Virus record (IMG/VR): IMGVR_UViG_2690316049_000001
Coordinates: 1 to 9,686 of that record
Reading direction: 5' to 3' (one strand)
DNA from: a virus
Lineage: Duplodnaviria > Heunggongvirae > Uroviricota > Caudoviricetes
DNA length: 9,686 nucleotides
Shown: one piece after another, positions 6,715 to 9,686 of the stretch
How positions within the stretch are numbered: the stretch's first letter is position 1
Layout: each line of letters opens with the position of its first letter
Position numbers and translations under genes: made by a program
The notes under the pieces: model-generated
Database searches by the model: none
What the model saw: only the letters and a program-made list of their open reading frames with translations
Told to the model about the DNA's origin: nothing

Positions 6715-7309
6715 ATCGATTAACAGAAACCACAGAACGATGAGGCTAACCGTGGGTAAGCATCACTGGAAAGTAGAAAAACAGCCTGAGTGGTACGTGA
6801 AAGCTGTCAGAAAAACTATCGCAGCGTTGCCGGGGGGTTACGCTGAAGCAGCTGACTGGCTGGATGTAACAGAGAACGCATTATTTAACCGCCTTCGTGC
6901 CGATGGCGATCAGATTTTCCCGCTGGGATGGGCAATGATTTTGCAACGTGCTGGTGGAACTCACTTCATTGCTGACGCTGTGGCGCAGTCTGCAAATGGC
7001 GTCTTTGTGTCTCTTCCTGACGTCGAGGATGTGGACAACGCCGATATTAACCAGCGTCTGCTGGAAGTCATTGAACAGATCGGCAGTTATTCAAAACAGA
7101 TTCGTTCAGCAATCGAAGACGGTGTAGTGGAACCGCATGAGAAGACAGCAATTAACGACGAGCTGTATCTCTCAATTTCGAAGCTGCAGGAGCATGCAGC
7201 ACTTGTCTACAAAATTTTTTGCATTTCAGAAAGTAATGACGCCCGCGAGTGTGCAGCTCCGGGCGTCGTGGCGTCGATTGCTTCTGGTTGTGGAGAAACT
7301 AACGCATGA
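6695..7309 (+). CDS. Early regulatory protein in the CII position (possibly CII/YdaT-like); start uncertain
   Basis: Long ORF directly after cro. Candidate starts are ATG 6695, 6707 or 6740, none with a strong SD; the listed GTG 6638 has an SD only 1 nt away. The stop overlaps the next ATG (ATGA at 7306-7309). Family assignment is positional and from weak recollection. Confidence 0.55.
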   Translation: MKNLMDKSINRNHRTMRLTVGKHHWKVEKQPEWYVKAVRKTIAALPGGYAEAADWLDVTENALFNRLRADGDQIFPLGWAMILQRAGGTHFIADAVAQSANGVFVSLPDVEDVDNADINQRLLEVIEQIGSYSKQIRSAIEDGVVEPHEKTAINDELYLSISKLQEHAALVYKIFCISESNDARECAAPGVVASIASGCGETNA

Positions 7310-7644
7310 ACAGTTTAACAACACACTACCGTCGCTCGCAACTGATTGCGCTTCCTGTACCGGGTGGAAAAGCGAAGGTGGAGTATTGCTATGCAGTAAA
7401 TGTACCAGGTGACAGGGAAATTGTAACCCACAGCTTTGCAGAGTGGGCTGTGGGTGATTTCAACCGGCAGAAGGAGACAGTCCTTTGCGACAAGTTAACC
7501 GCTGGTTCAAAGATCACTACGGAGTGCCCGTCAGAGTCATTCGTTGGGAACCGGAAACACAACGGGTTATCTACCTCCGCGAAGGCTATGAGCATGAGTG
7601 CTTCAGCCCGCTCGAACAGTTTCGTCGTAAATTCAGGGAAATAG
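7306..7644 (+). CDS. Hypothetical protein; possible frameshifted gene (see findings)
   Basis: ATG coupled to the upstream stop (ATGA). The first ~58 residues look protein-like. The C-terminal half in this frame is low-complexity, while the -1 frame (7458-7664) encodes a protein-like sequence ending [54 protein letters not shown]. Confidence 0.45.
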   Translation: MNSLTTHYRRSQLIALPVPGGKAKVEYCYAVNVPGDREIVTHSFAEWAVGDFNRQKETVLCDKLTAGSKITTECPSESFVGNRKHNGLSTSAKAMSMSASARSNSFVVNSGK

Positions 7645-7653
7645 AGGTCGGTC

Positions 7654-9686
7654 ATGAGCACTAAATTAACCGGCTATGTATGGGATGGTTGCGCTGCATC
7701 AGGCATGAAGTTATCCAGCGTGGCAATTATGGCCCGCCTGGCTGATTTCAGTAATGACGAAGGTGTGTGCTGGCCATCAATTGAAACCATTGCCCGTCAG
7801 ATTGGCGCGGGGATGAGTACCGTCAGAACGGCTATCGCACGGCTGGAAGCAGAAGGCTGGTTAACGCGTAAGGCGCGTCGCCAGGGTAACAGCGCACAGG
7901 CGGCAGCAGACTCACAAACTGCATCGGCAAACTCCGCGACAGCAGCCAAAAAATCAGAAACCAACGCGAAAAATAGCGAGGCAGCAGCAAAGAGCAGCGA
8001 AACAAACGCTAAAGCCAGCGAAACTAATGCTAAATCCAGTGAAACAAACGCGGCGAAATCTGCGGCGGACGCACTTAATTATCGCAACCAGGCGCAATTA
8101 ATTGTTGGCGATAATATCGGTCTTGGCTCAGCCCCGCGTGATTGTCCTGATATTTCCGGCAACCCATCAGGGTATATCGGATTTATGCGCATTATGAGTA
8201 ATGCAAAAGGATTTCCATCGATTGCATCCGGTGAAAGCAGTCTTACGGGGTTTATTAGTCAGGTAGATGGAACACCAGCGTATACAGGTGTATTTCAGGG
8301 ATGGGCTACGCGCTCGCTTTATACTTATCGCTGGAATCCGACAATAGGCCCGCAATGGACACGCCACGCAAGAAAAGATGAGGTTATCCGATTTCAGCGT
8401 TCAAGCGACACAAGAACCATCATTTTATCTACTGACGTTCAGGCGGACGGCTGTTACTTACAGGTTGATGCTGACGGTCAGTGGGGCGCATTTAACCCTA
8501 AAGCTGGTAGATGGCAACCGCTCGCAGTTGCGCAAGGTGGCACAGGGGCGAATGATGCAAGTACAGCGCGCTCTAAACTTGAAGTCATGTTTGAAGCAAA
8601 AACTGGCCTTGATGCGAATACGAACTTAAACGATATAAAAGGTACTACAGCCGGTTTTTATTACCAACCAATGTCTGCCAACGCAAAGCCAGAACTAAAT
8701 TACCCGATACAGCTTGCTGGTGCATTGTTAGTGCAAAGAACTGGTGCTAATGGTAGTGATGGTTGTATCCAGAGCTATTTTGTATATAACAATTCATCAA
8801 TTCTTTATAGAAGGATATATACCAGCACACAAGGTTGGAGTGTATGGAAAAAAATAGTATTAACAGAAAGAATTGAAGAAGGCGAATCGACTACTTACGT
8901 TTATTCGAATTACTCACCATCAGCGCCACGACTTCAGGTGTCAACATCTGGATTGTGGGGTTGCCATAACGGATCGTCATGGGTTCCATTACCTATTGGA
9001 CAAGGAGGCACTAATGCGGCAACTGTTGATGGTGCCAGAACGAATCTTGGCTTAGGTAGGAACAACAGCCCTCAACTTAACAGTCTATTTCTTGATAGAT
9101 ATAGTGATTCGACCAATACATACACATCTAGTGGAATTCTCCATACAAGACTGTTAGCAACTGACAGCACTGTGCGTCTTGGTGCTGATATGTATGTTGA
9201 AACTTTATCAAATGAGCCAGGTCAATTAACAATAAGGTTTACATACGATGGTTCAACTGGTGCTTCAAAATATCTAAACCTTAATTCAGAAGGTAATTTA
9301 ATTGTAGATAGTGCGATACTGAAATCAACGGTTGAAAAACCTTTACAAATAAGGAGCGCTAACCCAGCAATAAGATTTAATGAAACAGATCGCCCGGCTA
9401 ACACGCCTACTTATACTCTCATTGCTAATGCTGGCGACTGGTTTATTCAGAAACGCGATTATGATGATGCCGGAAGCGTTAGTAACGCAATTGCATATAA
9501 TTTCGCAAACGACAGAATTGATGTGCAGAATCTTAAAGCGTCTGGGTTAATTACAGCTAACTCAGGAATTGCAACATTAACAGGTCATGACTGGAACGCT
9601 CAGCATACTGATAACGTCGACAAATTTAGATCAATTGCAGGCAGTACAAACGGCCCGGCAGGCTCTATGGTTCTTGGCGGCATTCA
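7654..9686 (+). CDS. In-frame chimeric ORF: N-terminal HTH domain (replication-initiator-like) fused to a side-tail-fibre body; 3' end beyond the window
   Basis: Translated by hand: ATG 7654 with SD GAGG, no stop codon to 9686 (at least 677 codons). Residues 1-79 carry an HTH (PSIETIARQIGAGMSTVRTAIARLEAEGWLTRKARRQGN). From about residue 80 the sequence is tail-fibre-like: KSETNAKNSE / SSETNAKASETNAKSSETNA repeats, then two modules with the fibre motif QGGTGANDASTARSKL and QGGTNAATVDGARTNLGLG. Absent from the ORF track only because it has no stop in the window. Confidence 0.75.
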   Translation, partial: MSTKLTGYVWDGCAASGMKLSSVAIMARLADFSNDEGVCWPSIETIARQIGAGMSTVRTAIARLEAEGWLTRKARRQGNSAQAAADSQTASANSATAAKKSETNAKNSEAAAKSSETNAKASETNAKSSETNAAKSAADALNYRNQAQLIVGDNIGLGSAPRDCPDISGNPSGYIGFMRIMSNAKGFPSIASGESSLTGFISQVDGTPAYTGVFQGWATRSLYTYRWNPTIGPQWTRHARKDEVIRFQRSSDTRTIILSTDVQADGCYLQVDADGQWGAFNPKAGRWQPLAVAQGGTGANDASTARSKLEVMFEAKTGLDANTNLNDIKGTTAGFYYQPMSANAKPELNYPIQLAGALLVQRTGANGSDGCIQSYFVYNNSSILYRRIYTSTQGWSVWKKIVLTERIEEGESTTYVYSNYSPSAPRLQVSTSGLWGCHNGSSWVPLPIGQGGTNAATVDGARTNLGLGRNNSPQLNSLFLDRYSDSTNTYTSSGILHTRLLATDSTVRLGADMYVETLSNEPGQLTIRFTYDGSTGASKYLNLNSEGNLIVDSAILKSTVEKPLQIRSANPAIRFNETDRPANTPTYTLIANAGDWFIQKRDYDDAGSVSNAIAYNFANDRIDVQNLKASGLITANSGIATLTGHDWNAQHTDNVDKFRSIAGSTNGPAGSMVLGGI
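7948..8058 (+). repeat. Imperfect tandem repeats encoding (K/A/S)SETNA(K) heptad-like units inside the tail-fibre portion
   Basis: Four consecutive units at nucleotide level (tcagaaaccaacgcgaaa, agcgaaacaaacgctaaa, agcgaaactaatgctaaa, agtgaaacaaacgcggcgaaa). Such repeats are typical of the proximal shaft of lambda Stf-like fibres. Confidence 0.6.

Noticed and set aside
7137-7412. ORF 7137-7412 (+) and ORF 7389-7661 (-)
   Set aside because: The first is out of frame inside the CII-position gene. The second is antisense to 7306-7664 and has no supporting signals.
8167-9404. Small ORFs 8167-8367 (-), 8378-8629 (+), 8873-9055 (+) and 9222-9404 (-)
   Set aside because: All are embedded in the long tail-fibre reading frame, which has clear fibre motifs; these are alternative-frame artefacts.
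1-9686. CRISPR array, rRNA, insertion sequence or transposase
   Set aside because: No regularly spaced direct repeats with unique spacers, no rRNA-like sequence, and no transposase-like ORF or terminal inverted repeats flanking a gene were seen.

Overview
This window looks like the left arm of a lambdoid (P22-type) prophage sitting next to the 3' end of a tRNA-Thr gene, and the prophage appears defective. All protein identities below come from reading motifs in the supplied translations and from memory of protein families; no database search or folding was run. From left to right: the tRNA 3' end with CCA (1-37); a tyrosine integrase and an overlapping excisionase on the minus strand; a translationally coupled leftward operon of accessory genes (114-aa hypothetical, PAPS-reductase-like PP-loop enzyme, HD-domain phosphohydrolase, DUF2303-like protein, 120-aa hypothetical); an unusual ~1.2 kb block; and an immunity region (cI-like repressor, Cro-like, CII-position protein). 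The unusual block (4589-5624) is the most likely place for an undescribed function: a GC-rich structured segment with no credible ORF, a pair of 11-bp direct repeats, and a convergent AT-rich ORF for a coiled-coil plus C4 zinc-ribbon protein with its own terminator. The immunity region carries three copies of a 14-bp operator-like motif, CTAA-N5-CTTAG. The window ends inside a long open frame (7654 to the window end, missing from the ORF track because it has no stop) that joins an HTH domain in-frame to a side-tail-fibre body. No antiterminator, replication, lysis or head genes were seen between the immunity region and the tail fibre.
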